A stretch of 64,000 nt of DNA from the human T2T-CHM13v2.0 reference genome, Homo sapiens. Below, piece by piece: positions 28,901 through 48,050 of this stretch. Positions within the stretch are counted from its first letter, which is position 1, and every line of letters begins with the position of its first letter. A program made the translations under genes and the position numbers. The DNA is taken from assembly GCF_009914755.1 (NCBI RefSeq), contig NC_060947.1, one strand, 5' to 3'. A model generated the notes under the pieces. That model searched no databases. It was not told the origin of the DNA and saw only the letters and a program-made list of their open reading frames with translations.

Positions 28901-30476
28901 TATCTCCATAAACCTTATTCTACATAATTGTATTTTTGAAACCTGCACCTTACATATTTGCTTGTGTTCATTGCATTTATTAATCATTTCACAGGCCCCA
29001 AAGGAACTTCCTATAGGTTAGTCGAGCAAAAGCCCAATTAACTTGGGCTTCAAGACAGTCTCTCCTAAATGATCCCTTCTTGAAAGAAAGAAGCATGTGC
29101 TGTGCTTGAGAATGCACGAACGTTTTCCATCCCTAAAACCAGCATTATTGGTCATAGATGACTCCAGTACAAATAGCCTTTTGAAATGTTTTTGTGGATT
29201 TCATTTTTTGTATTGATAATATCTAGCAATGCACGCTTCTTTCTGCAAATGAGAATCCACATTTTCAGATTTTCCGGGGTAGGGAATTCATTCAAGTTTT
29301 TTGTGCAATTGGGAGCCTTCTGCAACATCGATGAAAGACATGTGCAGGCTTCAAGCCCTGGCGTTGCAACTGATAGGGAAACAGATGGTGCTGCGAAAGG
29401 CATTCTTAGGAAAAAATAGCTGGAAACAACACAAAAGCCAAGGCGGGGAAATATTTGAAAGCGGCCTCTCAGATATTGGGGCTTTCTGTTTCAATATGGC
29501 CTTTGCCCTTCCTAAGATTAGTTTATAATAAAGTCAGATGGATGTCCTTGTCTGAACAAACCACACCTAGGATTTGCAAGCTGCTGACCATCACCCATTG
29601 GTTGGAGAGGGACAGATGTAGGAGACAGCTGTTTGCGGTTAAAGGCATTAACCACATTTATATGTTGTGTAATCATTTTCTCAGGGATCCAGCCCTGGAG
29701 CTCTTTTTCCCAAGGTCTTCATCTCGGTGTCCTGGCCCACAGAGGTCACTGCATTGGACACGCCAAATTACATCTATATGGCATCAATTTGGAGAAAAGA
29801 ACACTCTTGCAAAAATTTTTTTTGTTTTATTTTTCTCTTTAGCAAATTGCATTTGTTGAAGTAATATCCCCTTTTGTTTTCATTATCATTAGCAACTTTT
29901 TAGCCAGAAGGATCTCATCAAAACTTGTCATATTTTCTCTTGAGCATAAGGGTGTAATGGGATATTTTCCCATTCATCTTGTCTGTTATTTACTGTTCAA
30001 GAAAATTACCTTTTCTCTGGGAACAAAAGAGGAGTGGCACAGCGTGAGCCAGAGGGTTGGACAAGGACAGGATTATTTAGGGCTTTGTGAGACTTGGAAA
30101 AGTGTTGGTACTTTGTTATTATTATTATTTTTCTCTTATTCTAAGTGTAAAAAGAAGAGATTATAGAGAGTAATTTATGATTTCAAAGGCTTTGATGGGT
30201 TATAAATGGAGAATAGTTTGGAGGAAGTTTATAATGAGAGGAACAGGGGGTTCTTCCCGTAGAGCCAGGAAGCTGAGGATGGAGGCTTAAATGGCCACAG
30301 TGGAAAGAAACAAAAATGAATTCATGCAATTTTTAAGGCAGAAAAGCGAGAACAAGATGTTTCATCAGTCTGCTGTTTATTTGCACCACGGAATTTTTAA
30401 AATTCTGTTACTTATTTCTTTTAGGGTTGAACATTTTATAAAAACTATAAGATATTTAATAAGAAATATTGGAAAA

Positions 30477-31069
<593 letters not shown>

Positions 31070-31184
31070 TTACCCAAACTTCACAGAATTTATCCCATTC
31101 AGAATTTGGCAGAAGGAAAATGAAGGGCTATGGAGAAGTAATCTGCAAACCACTTTCCCCCAACCCTAAAGAGCAGTAAACCAG

Positions 31185-31552
31185 TGCTATGGTCTGAAAG
31201 TTTGTGTTACCCCTAAATTCAGATGTTGAAATCCTAATTCCCAAGGAGATGGTGTTATGAGGTGGGGCCTTTGGGAGGTGATGAGATTCTGAGGGTGGAG
31301 CCTCATGAATGGGATGAGTATCCTTAGAAAAGGGACCCCAGAAAGCTCCCTCGTCCTTTCCACCATGGAAGGACACAACAGAAAGGCACCATCTCCGAAG
31401 CAGAGAACCTTGATCAGATACCAAATCTTCTGGCACCTTAATCTTGAACTTTCAGCCGCCAGAAGTGTGAGGCTTCACAATCGAAACAAATTTCAATTGT
31501 TTATACATTTTCCAGTCTAAGGAAATTTATAATTGCAGCCCAAATGGACCAA
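31185..31552 (+). mobile_element. MLT1A-like MaLR solo LTR
   Basis: tgctatggtctgaaagtttgtgt...gcagcccaaatggaccaaga. Confidence 0.8.
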
Positions 31553-31686
31553 GAAAGCCAGGGGGGAAAAAAAGAGAGTAGAAAAGAGACATAAAATGGA
31601 TCCTCATTAATGCCCAAGGAGTTGCAATGAAGGATTGACCATGGGGTGAACACTCACACAACCAGAAAACTAGAAAAAGAACAATA

Positions 31687-32057
31687 GGCCAGGTGTGCTG
31701 GCTCACGCCTGTAATCCCAACACTTTGGTAGGGTAAGGAGGGCAGGTCACTTGAGGTCAGGAGTTTGAGACCAGCCTGGCCAACATGGTGAAACCCCACC
31801 TCTACTAAAATTACAAAAATTAGCCGGGCACAGTAGCACGTGCCTATAATCCCAGCTACTCTGGAGGATGAGACAAGAGAATTGCTTGAATCAGGGAGGC
31901 AGAGGCTGCAGTAAGCCGAGACTGCACCACTGCACTCCAGCCTGGGTGATAGAGTGAGACTCCACCTCAAAAAAAAGAAAGAAGGAAGGAAAGAAAGAAG
32001 AAAAGAAAGAAAGAAAGAAAGAAAAAGAAAGAAAGAAAGAAAGAGGAAGAAAAAGAA
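31687..32057 (+). mobile_element. AluS with a (GAAA)n tail
   Basis: TSD aaaaagaacaat. Confidence 0.93.
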
Positions 32058-33252
32058 CAATGGTTTCTGAGTGACGTCCACTCCACTAAACCTCCTTTTT
32101 AACAAATCCTGTCAACAGAGAAAAACTATTGCTCATCCAAAGAGGGATAAGGACTCCTGGAGGAGAGATAATTGCTATTTCTGAAACAGACTTAATGCAA
32201 AAGCATGCAAAATATAGTAAAATTATGGTGAATTGCATAGACATGAAAACCTGCCTTGATGTAGGTAAAGTTTCTTAGGAAGTGGCAAATGTCAGATTAC
32301 ATCCTGCGGAATATCAAGACTGAGAAATGGAAGAAAACTCAGGAAGTTCAAAACTCAAGAGACCAGTTTAATGTAATGAAAATGATAATACATTTGTTGT
32401 TGTTTCGTTATGTCTTAATATGGAGAAGAGATTCAGCAAGACTATATAAAAGAAATCATTCAAGAAGACAAGCATATTCAACCAAAAGAAATAGTAGAAG
32501 AAAATTTTTTTTGAATCGATGGAAGACCTAAGTCAACAGATGAAAGCAGCCCAATGAATTTGAAGACATGACAAACAATGCATTAATTTTGAACCTTAAT
32601 GCCCATGATAAAAGTAATCATGATAGAAATGCAATATTTTAAATTCTAAAATAGTGGGCTAATATGTAAGGTCATGTTGATAAGCTCTGGATGGTGAATG
32701 GGAGTGGCTGAGGATTTGCACACTCAAATGTCTAGCCAGTGAGTTAATGGCTGAGGCAGTGTGGGCTAAGGAGATGCAGGTGTAAATGCTAGGACCCAGA
32801 ATTGCATGCTGAATCACACTGAATCAACTCTAAATGAAAGTTCTTACTCCAGGATGTCATCCAGAGATGGTGAGATTTTTTTGTAAGGGAAATCACCCAA
32901 TACAACAGTTTTATAATTCACAAATTCTTATTACATTTTGAAGAATTCAGCAGCTCAAAGACCACATATATAGGCTGGCAAGCCCTGTTTTGCCCACAAC
33001 TACTGGGTAATGACCTCAGCTCTGCACATCTGCTTTCTCCAAGCCACACACATGTAAAAAATGCTCAGCTTCCTTCCCCAGCGATACCCACTCCCCTGAA
33101 CCTTACCTCTTTTCTCCTGTTTTTGAGGGTTGTACCATATCTTTATGTATGTACCAGGATTTCACTCTTCTGCTGGTTTGCTGGCTTTCTCCATTCTCTG
33201 TCTGCCACCTAAATTTGTAAGATTAAGACCAGCAGAGACAGAGGAGGGAAGG

Positions 33253-33620
33253 TGATATGGTTAGGCTTTCTGTCCCCACCCAAATCTCATCTTGAATTGT
33301 AATCCCCGTAATTCCCACATGTCAAGGGAGAGACCAGGTGGAGGTAACTGGATTGTGGGGATGGTTTCTGCCGTGCTGTTCTTATGATAACGAGTGAGTT
33401 CTCATGAGATCTGATGGTTTTATAAGGGGCTCTTCCCCCTTTGCTCAGCACTTCTTCCTGCTGCCTTGTAAAGAAGGTGCCTGCTTCCCCTTCCTCCATG
33501 ATTTTAAGTTTCCTGAGTCCTCCTCAGCCATGTGGAACTGTGAGTCAATTAAACCTCTTTCTTTATAAATTACCCAGTCTTGGGCAGTTCTTTATAGCAG
33601 TATGAAAACAGACTAATACA
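33253..33620 (+). mobile_element. THE1D-like MaLR solo LTR
   Basis: tgatatggttaggcttt...ccacccaaatctcatcttgaattg...gactaataca; TSD gaagg/aaagg. Confidence 0.88.
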
Positions 33621-34392
33621 AAAGGGAAGAAAGATAAACCTAAGATGTGTATCCTAGTGTGTATGTCAGGAAAATGCATTGGAAGGGAGCAGAATTGCTT
33701 TGCCTGACAGAGCAAATGAATTTGGGGGTTGTTGCCTAGCAGCAGTCCTTGAAAGGGGAGAAGGTAAATGGGAAAGAACCTCAAATAGACCAGGACAGCA
33801 ACAGCAACCCCAGGTCTTAAAGATAAAGAAGCATGGAGCGATTCTCCTTGATAGGGATGGTGAAGGGAGTTTTACAATCAGCAAGGTCTGGGGTTCAGTG
33901 TTGTGATGTCTATGGTGCTCTCACTGTGTCACTAACAAGAATGTAATGTCTATGGGTTTAACAAAGAAGGGACAAAGAGAAAGAAGGGGAATGATGAAGG
34001 CAGGGCTCTGAACACAGATAATATGAAGCAGGAAGGAAGGACGTAGTGGTTGCACCAAGAGCCAGAATTTGGAGAGAACGTGTCTTGGAGAATATAAGTG
34101 CCACTGCTGCCAATATCCACTTCCAGATAGCCTTGGAAATATTGGGAAGGTCACAAAAAAGTTCCTGTTGCAATGGGATGACTTCAGCTCTTTTATTTGG
34201 GTAGAAAAGGGAAATGTGACCTCAAGTGACTGAAGAGCTCTAAGCACTCAGGCAACACTTCCCAATGCCAGTCTGATGAAATCCCCTCTTGGAATTCTGC
34301 AGATGGTTCAAAATAAAATCCCAAGTTTTCTGTAAGACACCCAAGACTCTACTCTTCAGTCTCCTCTCTTTATATCATCTTGATTTCCCTTG

Positions 34393-34565
34393 ACTGGTCA
34401 TCCTCAAAAGGAGAGATTCCCTCTCCATCACCCACAGAGGATAGGGAGCAATGTCTGGAGAGAGTTTTGGCTGCCACATTGGGGGTGCTAGTGGCATCTG
34501 GTGGGTAGAGCCCAGGGATGCTGCTCAACATCCTACAATGCACAGGACAAAGGATTATCCAGCTG
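34393..34565 (+). mobile_element. MER20
   Basis: gcaatgtctggag...ggcatctggtgggtagagcccagggatgctgctcaacatcctacaatgcacaggaca. Confidence 0.85.
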
Positions 34566-35139
34566 TAATGGTGGTAGCACCAAACTGGATAAGCCTTGAA
34601 GTAGATCCGGTATGTTGTTTCTAACCTCCAACCAATGATAGACTCTTCCTTTCTTCCCCATCCCTTTCTGTTCACCTGGCTAAATCCTAACTATTCATAC
34701 TATTTTTGGTGGTCATTCTAATTTGAATGTCAGTACCAAGAATTGAGATGACTGTGCTTCTTATTCACAATCACCACCACTTATGGTGAGATCCTTCCCT
34801 TGTTAATCTGTTTCTTCCCCATTCACCCCCAGATCTCCACTCCTGGCAACTCACAGTCCCTCCATGAAATCTGTTTGACACATGGCCCTTAACTATGCCT
34901 GTGGTTTATAAAATGCATGGTGTTGCCTTGTGAGTGTATGTTTTTCATTTATAGAAATGGTATTGTGCTATAAATAGCATTCTGGTTATTAGTATCACTC
35001 ACTCAACAAAAATGTTTGCAAGATTCAATGATGTTGCTGAATATGCAACAATTTTGCTGCTTATCAATTCATGGTAAGCATCTGACACATTTTATGAGCT
35101 TGTGGAGTGATGCCTGCCTGAGTTGACCTTCATATTCTA

Positions 35140-35644
<505 letters not shown>

Positions 35645-36125
35645 TCAATTATATTTCTTCCAAGTTTGGCACCTGTCTTTTTTTTTAAAGCCTTCCTTGC
35701 ACCTCAGCCCTGTCCCATCTGCTCTATTAGGTGATGCTTGTTAGTTGTAGCACCTACCCTTCCAACCCAGGAAGAGGGAGTCAAGTGACTTTAGCTTCTC
35801 CATCGTTTCTTCCTACAAGTTCCCCTCAATCCTCAAATACTGTCCATAAAAATCGTGTGCTCTCATGAAAGTCCAGAGATCCCCACTTTTCTTCAATGTG
35901 ACATGTTCTATCTCCTGCAGTCAAACACTCAACAATTTATACCGAAGTTATTTCACTCTCCACCACCCAAGTGCACACAAGAGCTGGCCCAGATTCACTT
36001 CTTTTCATTCCCAGGTGGCTCTGTTAGTGTTGAGTTTCTTGAACTCAAGTTTTGCTAGACCACAGCGGATATACTCTCACACAGACAACAGCCTTTCATA
36101 CTATTTTTGTATTGTAGAACTATGC

Positions 36126-36440
36126 AAAAAGAAAGAGAGAGAGGGAGATGGGGGAGAGAGTAGGAGAGATTGCAGGGAGGGAGGGAGTGAAGAAAGGAAG
36201 GGAGGGAGGGAGGGAGGCAGGAAGGCAGGAAGGAGAAAAGAAAGAAAGAAAAAGAAGAGAAACAGGAAGGAAAGGAGAGAGAAAGAAAAAAACAGGAAGA
36301 AAGAAAAAACAAAAAAAGAGAAAGGAAAAGAAAGAGATAGAGAAAAGAGAGAAAGGAACAAATGAAGAAAGGAAAGAATGGTGAGAGAAGGACAGGAGTG
36401 AGAGAGGAAGGAAGAAAGGAAAAATGGAGGAAGGAAAAAT
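36126..36440. repeat. GA-rich low-complexity tract
   Basis: polypurine run of GGAA/GAAA units. Confidence 0.9.
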
Positions 36441-36939
36441 ATTTAAAAAATAAATAATATAGGCATTATATATCTACCTACGACCTGGAAGCCCCCACTT
36501 TCAGTTGTTCCACCTTTCCCAACCAAACCAATGAACACCTTACATGCACTGATGGATTTAACTCTTAAAATAGGAGTGAAATATGACTGCTTAGTTTTTC
36601 AAATTCATTCAATTCATTATGGCATGCTTTCTCTCTCTTACACTAAATATTTTTTTAAAGTTAGAGATACAGTTATTATCTTCCTCCAGCAATAGAGGCT
36701 TTGGCAGTATATAGTTTAGGCACAGTCTCAGCCATAACGACATCATCTAAGATCAGAAAGAGAACAGAAAGAAAAAGAGCCACTGCAGAAGGCAGAGTGT
36801 ACTAAGTTAGGGCAGGGTCAACCCTGCCACACCTGCAAACCACAGCCTTTCCTCTGTGGGACTCACTGCTTCCTCCCCTCCGTCTCTCTAGTGCGTGAAT
36901 CGCGTCTCTAACACACGACTCTGTCTCTACTGCCCCACA

Positions 36940-37100
36940 TCAGGGTCCCCAAGCCCTAGGCTACACATGGATACCAGTCCCTGGCCTGTTAGAAACTGGG
37001 CTGCATAATAGAAGGTGACTGCAGGTGAGCAAGCAAAGCTTCACCTGTATTTACAGCCGCTCCCCACCGCTCACATTACCACCTGAGCACCAGCTCCTGA
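36940..37100 (+). mobile_element. MER1B-like hAT fragment
   Basis: cagggtccccaa...ggcctgttagaaactggg...gtatttacagccgctcccca. Confidence 0.75.
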
Positions 37101-38495
37101 CATGGGATTTCAGTGTGTAAATTCCTACAAAAAAAACAAACCCAGGTGATTACTGGCTGGAAAGTGTTGATGTGAGTACGAAGCCTACCCCTAAGTCCAA
37201 AGTGTTGATGTCCCAAACCCAGAAAGGGAAATCCTCTCAGTGGTTCATTCCCCATTAGTAAACGGAAGAGCAACTGCTGCCTTCTGTGCATCCTGATTCT
37301 GGCAGTTCTTTTTTCTTTCCCTTTTTTCTCAGCATCTGAATTCAGGGGAAGATTTTAATGGTTCTCAGTTCCATCATCAGCATTGTCATGGGACCCTGGA
37401 ATCGTCTCACAGACATGTGTCTCCTTTCCTTCTTTTTATTCTCCAAGGTGGGAAGAAATATATTATCTCTTGCTTTCTCCACTATCTCTTGGTTTCTCCC
37501 TTTTCTTGAATCTCAATAAAAATGTGGTTGTCCTGAAAAGTCTCATGGATGTGCACATTTTTATTGGTTGTGATTGTTAATCTACACATACATGCTGCAC
37601 GCATTTTCTGTGTAACGCAGGAATCAGTACTGATTGCACGCCCACTGTGTTTGCAGACACTAAGCTAAGTGATCGTTTCAAGGGGAAAAAAAAACAATTT
37701 AAAACTAACATGTTTTCTTCTGTTGGCCATACTTAACTTAAATTCAGACTTTTGCTTTCTAGGCAATTGTTTTCCCATAACAAAATGTCCTGAAAATTAA
37801 AAGCCATTGACTTTTTTTTTTTTAATCCAAAACGCTTTCCTTTGCCCAGATAAATAAACTCCACCTGTATAAATATTAGTTGGGCAGGAAAGAACTGTTT
37901 ACTTATTATTATAAAGCCTGAAAGATACCGAGAAGGGAATCTTCCGTTTATTTTTTAAGGCAAAATAATATTTAAATCCGCTGCAACAGCAGGATGAGAT
38001 GTGAGAAGCTAAATTAATAGGAAGAGAAAAACTTTAGTAAAATTTCACATTCCTATCTTCCAGTAGTTACTCTACAGTCATGAAATCACTGAGGATGTCT
38101 CATGCAGCATTGTATGTCTGCGGAGAATGGGCTCAGCAAATGTCCAGTCCTGAAACAAATGCAGGCTGAATATAATTTTCCTCTCCAATATGAGGAGCTA
38201 TGCCAAGTCAGGATAAAGCCCTAGCGGGGAAGAATGTAACTGTTAGCCAACGACCATGGAGGCATCCTGGACACAGCTACTTTTCTTGTTACTCTTTAGG
38301 CTATTTTAAAATACAATTTCTCTCTTTGCCAATCCTTCCACTCAATAAATGGGAAGCATGTTCTCTTATTTGCTAACATTTGTCATTTGTTTTCTTTAAG
38401 TCAATTGTATTTAGTCTTCTTTTTTAGTAAAAGAATATGGGGAACGCTAGCTGCTTATTCATCTGTCACAAACAATTTGCAACACTGCCCTTTAG

Positions 38496-38651
38496 GTAGG
38501 GCTTTCAGTGTAGCAAATAAAAATACAGCCTACCCACCACCGTAAGTATGACCCGAATGTTGTATGGGATATACTTACACTAAAACAAGATTTACTGTTT
38601 ACCCCGAATTCAAATTTAACTGGGTGTCCTGTATTTTATCTGGGAACCCAA
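38496..38651. mobile_element. MER53-like MITE
   Basis: tagcaaataaaaatacag...ttcaaatttaactgggtgtcctgtattttatctgg. Confidence 0.65.
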
Positions 38652-38974
38652 CTTTTATGAGCTGAAACTATCGCTGTTTTGTTTTGTTGTTAAAGTACCA
38701 TAGGGTATGATAAAGATACCATTTTGGTCTGGGAGAGATGTTTCATCGTTGGCCTTCTGAGGAAACTATTGGAAGCCAGTCATTACGATGACAATGATTC
38801 CACTGTGGTCTGGGAGAAATATTTCACCACTGGCCTTCTGAAGAAACTAGAAGCCAGACACTGTTGCATTGCAGTCTGCTTAGGGTTCTATCTTCCCTCT
38901 CCAACAATGACAATTTGCTCTGAGGGTATCTGTAACTTTAAAAGTTCATACCCATCATTTGTAGCTAAACATAC

Positions 38975-39285
38975 AACGCTAGGCGCAGTGGCTCACGTCT
39001 GTAATCCCAGCACTTAGAGAGGCCAAGGTAAGAAGATTGCTTGAGGCCAGGAGTTTGAGACCAGCCTGGGCAGCACAGTGAGAACCCATCATGTCTACAA
39101 AAATAATTTTAAAAATTAGCCAGGCGTGGTGTTGTGTGCCTATAGTCCCAGCTACTGGGGAGGCTAAGGCAAGAGGATCACTTAAGACCAGGAGGTCAAG
39201 GCTGCAGTGAGCCACGATCGCACCACTGCACTCCAGCCTGGACAACAGAACAAGACCCTGTCTCAAAAAATAAAATTAAAATAAA
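38975..39285 (+). mobile_element. AluJ
   Basis: Alu dimer; taaacata on both flanks. Confidence 0.9.
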
Positions 39286-40008
39286 CATAAGACTTTCTCA
39301 TTGTGAAATATGATGTTCAGCTATTTAAATTATCTGAAAATAAGAACACGTCTTTTAAACATGCAAGGAAAGACCTGCCATGGAATTGAAATGAATTAGA
39401 AATAAAGGTTGACTTCTACTTCTGGATTTTCTGAAACAAAATGAAAACATGAGAGTTTATCAGGAGCCCCAGGCACCACCTCATAACCCTGAAGTAGATT
39501 CTAAAATGATCCAGCCCGAGGCATTTGCAAAATAAATAAAGAGGCCTTACATTTAATCAGTCCTATTAAAAAAAAACCCATGAAAACATATAATAATAAT
39601 TATTCTGCCTTGAGAGAACCAAAACTAAAGCCTAATCACTCCCACCAACCCACAACTAGCTGGTTATAAAGCAGAAAGTTCCCATTTTGTTCTCTTTCTT
39701 GGAATCCATAACTATTGGGACTGGATTCTTTGAAGAATACTAATTTTCCAATTATTCTGTTCTAAAAGTAGTCCTCTTCTTATTTCTAAGAATTCTAATT
39801 CACCCTTTTCTCAACTCTTTCCTTTAGCATAGAGGATAGTAATACCTGACACAGGTTTGCATCTGTGCACGGGACCGTAACAGGGATGGAAACAGTAGGT
39901 ATCCAATCTAACTCTGCTATCATCAAATAAATGAATAGTAGACATGCATTCATGAAATAGTAAGGCTAGATGTGGTTTCAAGGAAAGGGGAGGCCACCAC
40001 AGGAAATG

Positions 40009-40362
40009 CTAAAACCGCCTTTGCAAAAATTATAACTGAGACAGTGTAAGAGATCTGATCTAACCAACTCCATCTTGCCTCTAACCTCTACGCTGTCCTT
40101 GTTCATTCCTGGGCATAGGCCAAACTAACTTTGGGAGGAACTTAGTTTATAGTTTATAGTTTAAAACAAAGACAATAACAGCCCTTTCCTAAAACAAAAT
40201 CCCCTTCTTTACTGGGGACTAGACTGCCCTCGCAGGACTAACCAATTAGCCACAAGACTAGAAATTACGGTTTAGGAGTCATGCAGCTGGAGGCCACGAG
40301 ATTCCAAACCTCCCCAAATTGCTCCTGAGGATCACATTACTGCTGCAAAACCCAAGATCACT
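40009..40362 (+). mobile_element. LTR8-like 5' half
   Basis: aaaccgcctttgcaaaaattataactgag...actccatcttgc. Confidence 0.8.
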
Positions 40363-40621
40363 AAAAGTTTTATGGTTATTTCTCAGACTATTTTTCCTTG
40401 TTTTGGTTATTAGTGTCTTCTTTAGTACTTTTAATACAGAAGAGCATATATTTTTAAATAAGCAATGTATGTACAACGTAAGAAAACTCAAATAATATGG
40501 GCCTTATCTCTTATCATGTTCTGCAAATAGTAATCATTAAGATGGCCAATTATTACTTTTCAGTGATCGTCAAATGAATACATATTTTACAATATCACCC
40601 AGAAAAGAAGTAACCAATGAA

Positions 40622-41570
<949 letters not shown>

Positions 41571-41777
41571 ATACTCAATGGTCTTGAAGTGTTAAAAAAA
41601 AATACTGAAGAAATTTTAAAATTAATTAAAGCAACCTGCAGAAAAATCTATACTAGATTATTAACCTCAATTATTTAAAAATGCAAATCAAAATGTAAGA
41701 CTTTTTACCTATGCAATTGGCAAAGAAAATTCAAAAGTATAATAACACTTATGATAGCAAATGTCTGAGGAAAAGTG

Positions 41778-42176
41778 TGTTAAGAGAACAACAACTTAAG
41801 CCGCATTAAATTTAAAAGAGTTGAATTGAGCAAAGAACAATTTGCGAATTGGGCTGACTCCCAAGCCAGAGTCGGCTCTGAGATTCCAGTGCAGCCACGT
41901 GGTGGGAGATTTGTGGACAGAAAAAGGGAAGTGACATACGGCAAGTAGAAGTGAGGTTCAGAAACAGCTAGTTTGGTGACAGCTCAGCGTTTGCCCTATT
42001 TGGGCGCAATTTGAACAGTTGGCTACATTTGATTGGCTGAAACTCAGTGATGGGCATAAGAGTAGGCTATGGTCCTTCTACATCTCCACTTGTTAGAGTT
42101 CACAATGTACCGAGAAAGCTTTGGGCTGAACTTAAAATATGTAAGGAGGCAGCTTTAGGCTAAACTTGATTTCACA
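41778..42176 (-). mobile_element. MER57-like solo LTR
   Basis: cttaaaatatgtaaggaggcagctttaggctaaactt...ca; TSD agtg/agta. Confidence 0.82.
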
Positions 42177-42609
42177 AGTATTTTTTGGTTGTTTTCTATT
42201 TAAACTATTGATTGAGTATACACAAGAGGAGTATTATATTTTCTGGAGGCCAGTTTGCCAATGTTAAAATGTAAAATGACTGTAAGTAACAAGTTTAAGG
42301 GTGAGAGGTGTGGCAGGAGGTATTCATCTATCTTCTTTTCATGTGCCAATGTGTCCATTTAAAATACTGGAGGGGGAACAAGAAAGAATGATGGAGAAGC
42401 CACATTTCTGCCACATTCCTGATGTAGGTGGGTGGTGTTTACTGGCTTGGCTAATTCCTCCTGACCCTCCTAGCAGGCAGGACAGTCTAAGGAAAAGACT
42501 AGAAGACCTTAAATAAAGCCCCTTAGCTCCCAAGCCCACCATAAAAAGGGGAGAAAGAGGAACGGCCTTGCAAATGGTTCTTGGTTCCTCTGGGGACCCT
42601 AAGTCAATT

Positions 42610-43146
<537 letters not shown>

Positions 43147-43159
43147 CTTCTCTGTCTCC

Positions 43160-44131
<972 letters not shown>

Positions 44132-44303
44132 ACAACAGAGTTTTCCATTCTCTTAATGTTTTGTTGTTTGTTTGTTTGTTTGTTTTTGTTTTAACCATAC
44201 AGGAGACTTAATCTCTTAGAGTCTCGAGAGGACAGTGGCAGCCTGATATTTAAGGAGTTCTTTTCGTCTGGCCAGCCACTGGCTGGTTTTTAAGGCGTGA
44301 TGA

Positions 44304-44937
44304 TGATAGGGCTCCAATGAGTGGAGGAACACCAGGGTTCTTGGTCCTCGCGCTGGTTTTGATAAAACGACATGGACACATGTGGAGTGGTTTAAAGGAG
44401 TGGAGAGTTTAATAGGCAAGAAAGAAGGGAGAAGAAAGAAGCTCCCCTGTACAGAGACAGAGGCAGGGGGCTCCAAAGGCGAGAGGGGAGGCCCCTCCTG
44501 CAGGGGATACTGGCCGGTTACATGAGGAGGCTGGAGTAGGCGATCTGATTTGCATAGGGCTTAGGGAATTGGTTTGACCAGGCATGTCGTTTAGGTAGCT
44601 GCGAAAAAAAACTGGCCTTCCCACCCTAGCCTTTTAATATGCAAATGTGGGGCGCCATGATGTTCTACACACGTGGGGATATGTGTGGGCAGCCGAGCTG
44701 CCAGGCACATATTGGGCAAGGGCAAGAAGAAGAGGGAGGGAATCGCCATGTTTGGATGGACCCAGTTTCTAATCGCCTGTATTTGCATATCAAAGGTTGC
44801 CCGCCGAGTCTAAGAGCCGGGGCTTTCCTGATAGACAAGAAAGGTTTCTGGAGCTGCTTTAAAAGAAACGAAAACTTTCCAAGGACCCCTTTTCCTCTCT
44901 ATCTGCCTAAAATAATTTCTTAATAACTCCTACCACA
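44304..44937 (-). mobile_element. ERV1 solo LTR (LTR9/MER61-like)
   Basis: TG...CA ends; perfect 4-bp TSD atga; family name from memory. Confidence 0.8.
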
Positions 44938-45134
44938 ATGAGAATGCCAGTGGTAGTGGAAATAGATCAAAAAGCAAACGTGGGGCAAAAGTCCGGGATG
45001 CCTGTAGGAAAACTCTGAGGTACTAGAGAGTTCTGGAAAAAAGCAGATTTCCAGCAGCCTAAATGTACATTTTAGTAGAAAAAATGCCTTTCACTAGCAA
45101 CTTTCACTTAATACAAAGCAGAAGGGTAAACTTA

Positions 45135-45470
<336 letters not shown>

Positions 45471-45757
45471 AAATAAAATGCACTGTAATCTGTTATTCAA
45501 TATAATTGGCAAAAGAGACAATAAACTACTTCAGAACATCTACTAATTTACTTCCAAATGTTACAGAAATATGGCAGGTCCACATCTACTAGCGAATATT
45601 CACGTTACAGACTATAAAACAAAACACAAAATGGGCACTCATAACAAATAAAAGTTTTATTTGGCATTAATAACCTAACATGACGTGGGAACACTTTACT
45701 ATGTGATTAGTTGCAAAGTTCAGAAGTTGGAGGAATGGGGAAAGATGGTTTATAACA

Positions 45758-46085
<328 letters not shown>

Positions 46086-46179
46086 TGAAGTTGACTACTT
46101 GACTACTTGAATGCAAGTATTTCAAACAAAAAGGAGTTAAATATCACATTTGCTACGCATGCAATTTAGAGATAGCTTC

Positions 46180-47303
<1,124 letters not shown>

Positions 47304-47529
47304 CCGATTATTTTATGTAGTATTGTTTGTAATGTAAAAATGGCAAACCACTTAATTCTCTCTTCCTCAGGCAACTGGACAAATTACGGTGCACCTTATC
47401 CATAAGTAGAATATCACACCATGACTGCAAGTGAAAATACAGCAGCTATGCATGATGATAAGGAGAATCATCACTAATATAGTTATATTATATGATTATG
47501 ACTAATATGATATTATGACTACTATGATT

Positions 47530-48050
47530 ATGACAATAAACCCAACCAAAGACCAAATTCCTTGCCTGCCTGCAGTTTGCATTCTAGTGGGAAGAATAAT
47601 AAACAAAATAAATAAGAAAAGGGTACAAACCAGTAGAAAGTGCTCAGTGGTAGAGAGGAAAAAAAAGAAAGTTGGGATAGTGGTAGAGAGTGTTGGAATC
47701 AAGTTGAAATTTTAAATAAAGTGCTGGATGAATTGAGAAGATATTTGAGCAAAGAGTTGAAGATGGCGAAGGCGAAAGCTATGCTGGTATCTAGAAGAGA
47801 GAAAAGGGCCAGTGGAAAGGCCCCGTGGCAGGAGCTTATGGGATGTGTTCTAAATCAGCAAAGAGTCCAGGCATCGGGAGCTGATGCCCTGGAGAGAGAC
47901 TCAGGGACATTACTGACAGCAGATCATGTAGACCTTTCTATACTGTTGTTATGATGTTATTTTGCCTTCTGAGTGCAACAGAGAGCTACTGGAGGTTTCT
48001 GATCAGAAAGGGAGCCCACAGGAATAATTACTGCCCCTATTTGAAGAATG
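47530..48050 (-). mobile_element. L2 fragment
   Basis: attccttgcc...gcattctagtggg...gatatttgagcaaag...gagctactggaggtttctga. Confidence 0.6.

Noticed and set aside
35865-36384. Lys/Arg/Glu-rich ORFs
   Set aside because: GA-rich low-complexity DNA
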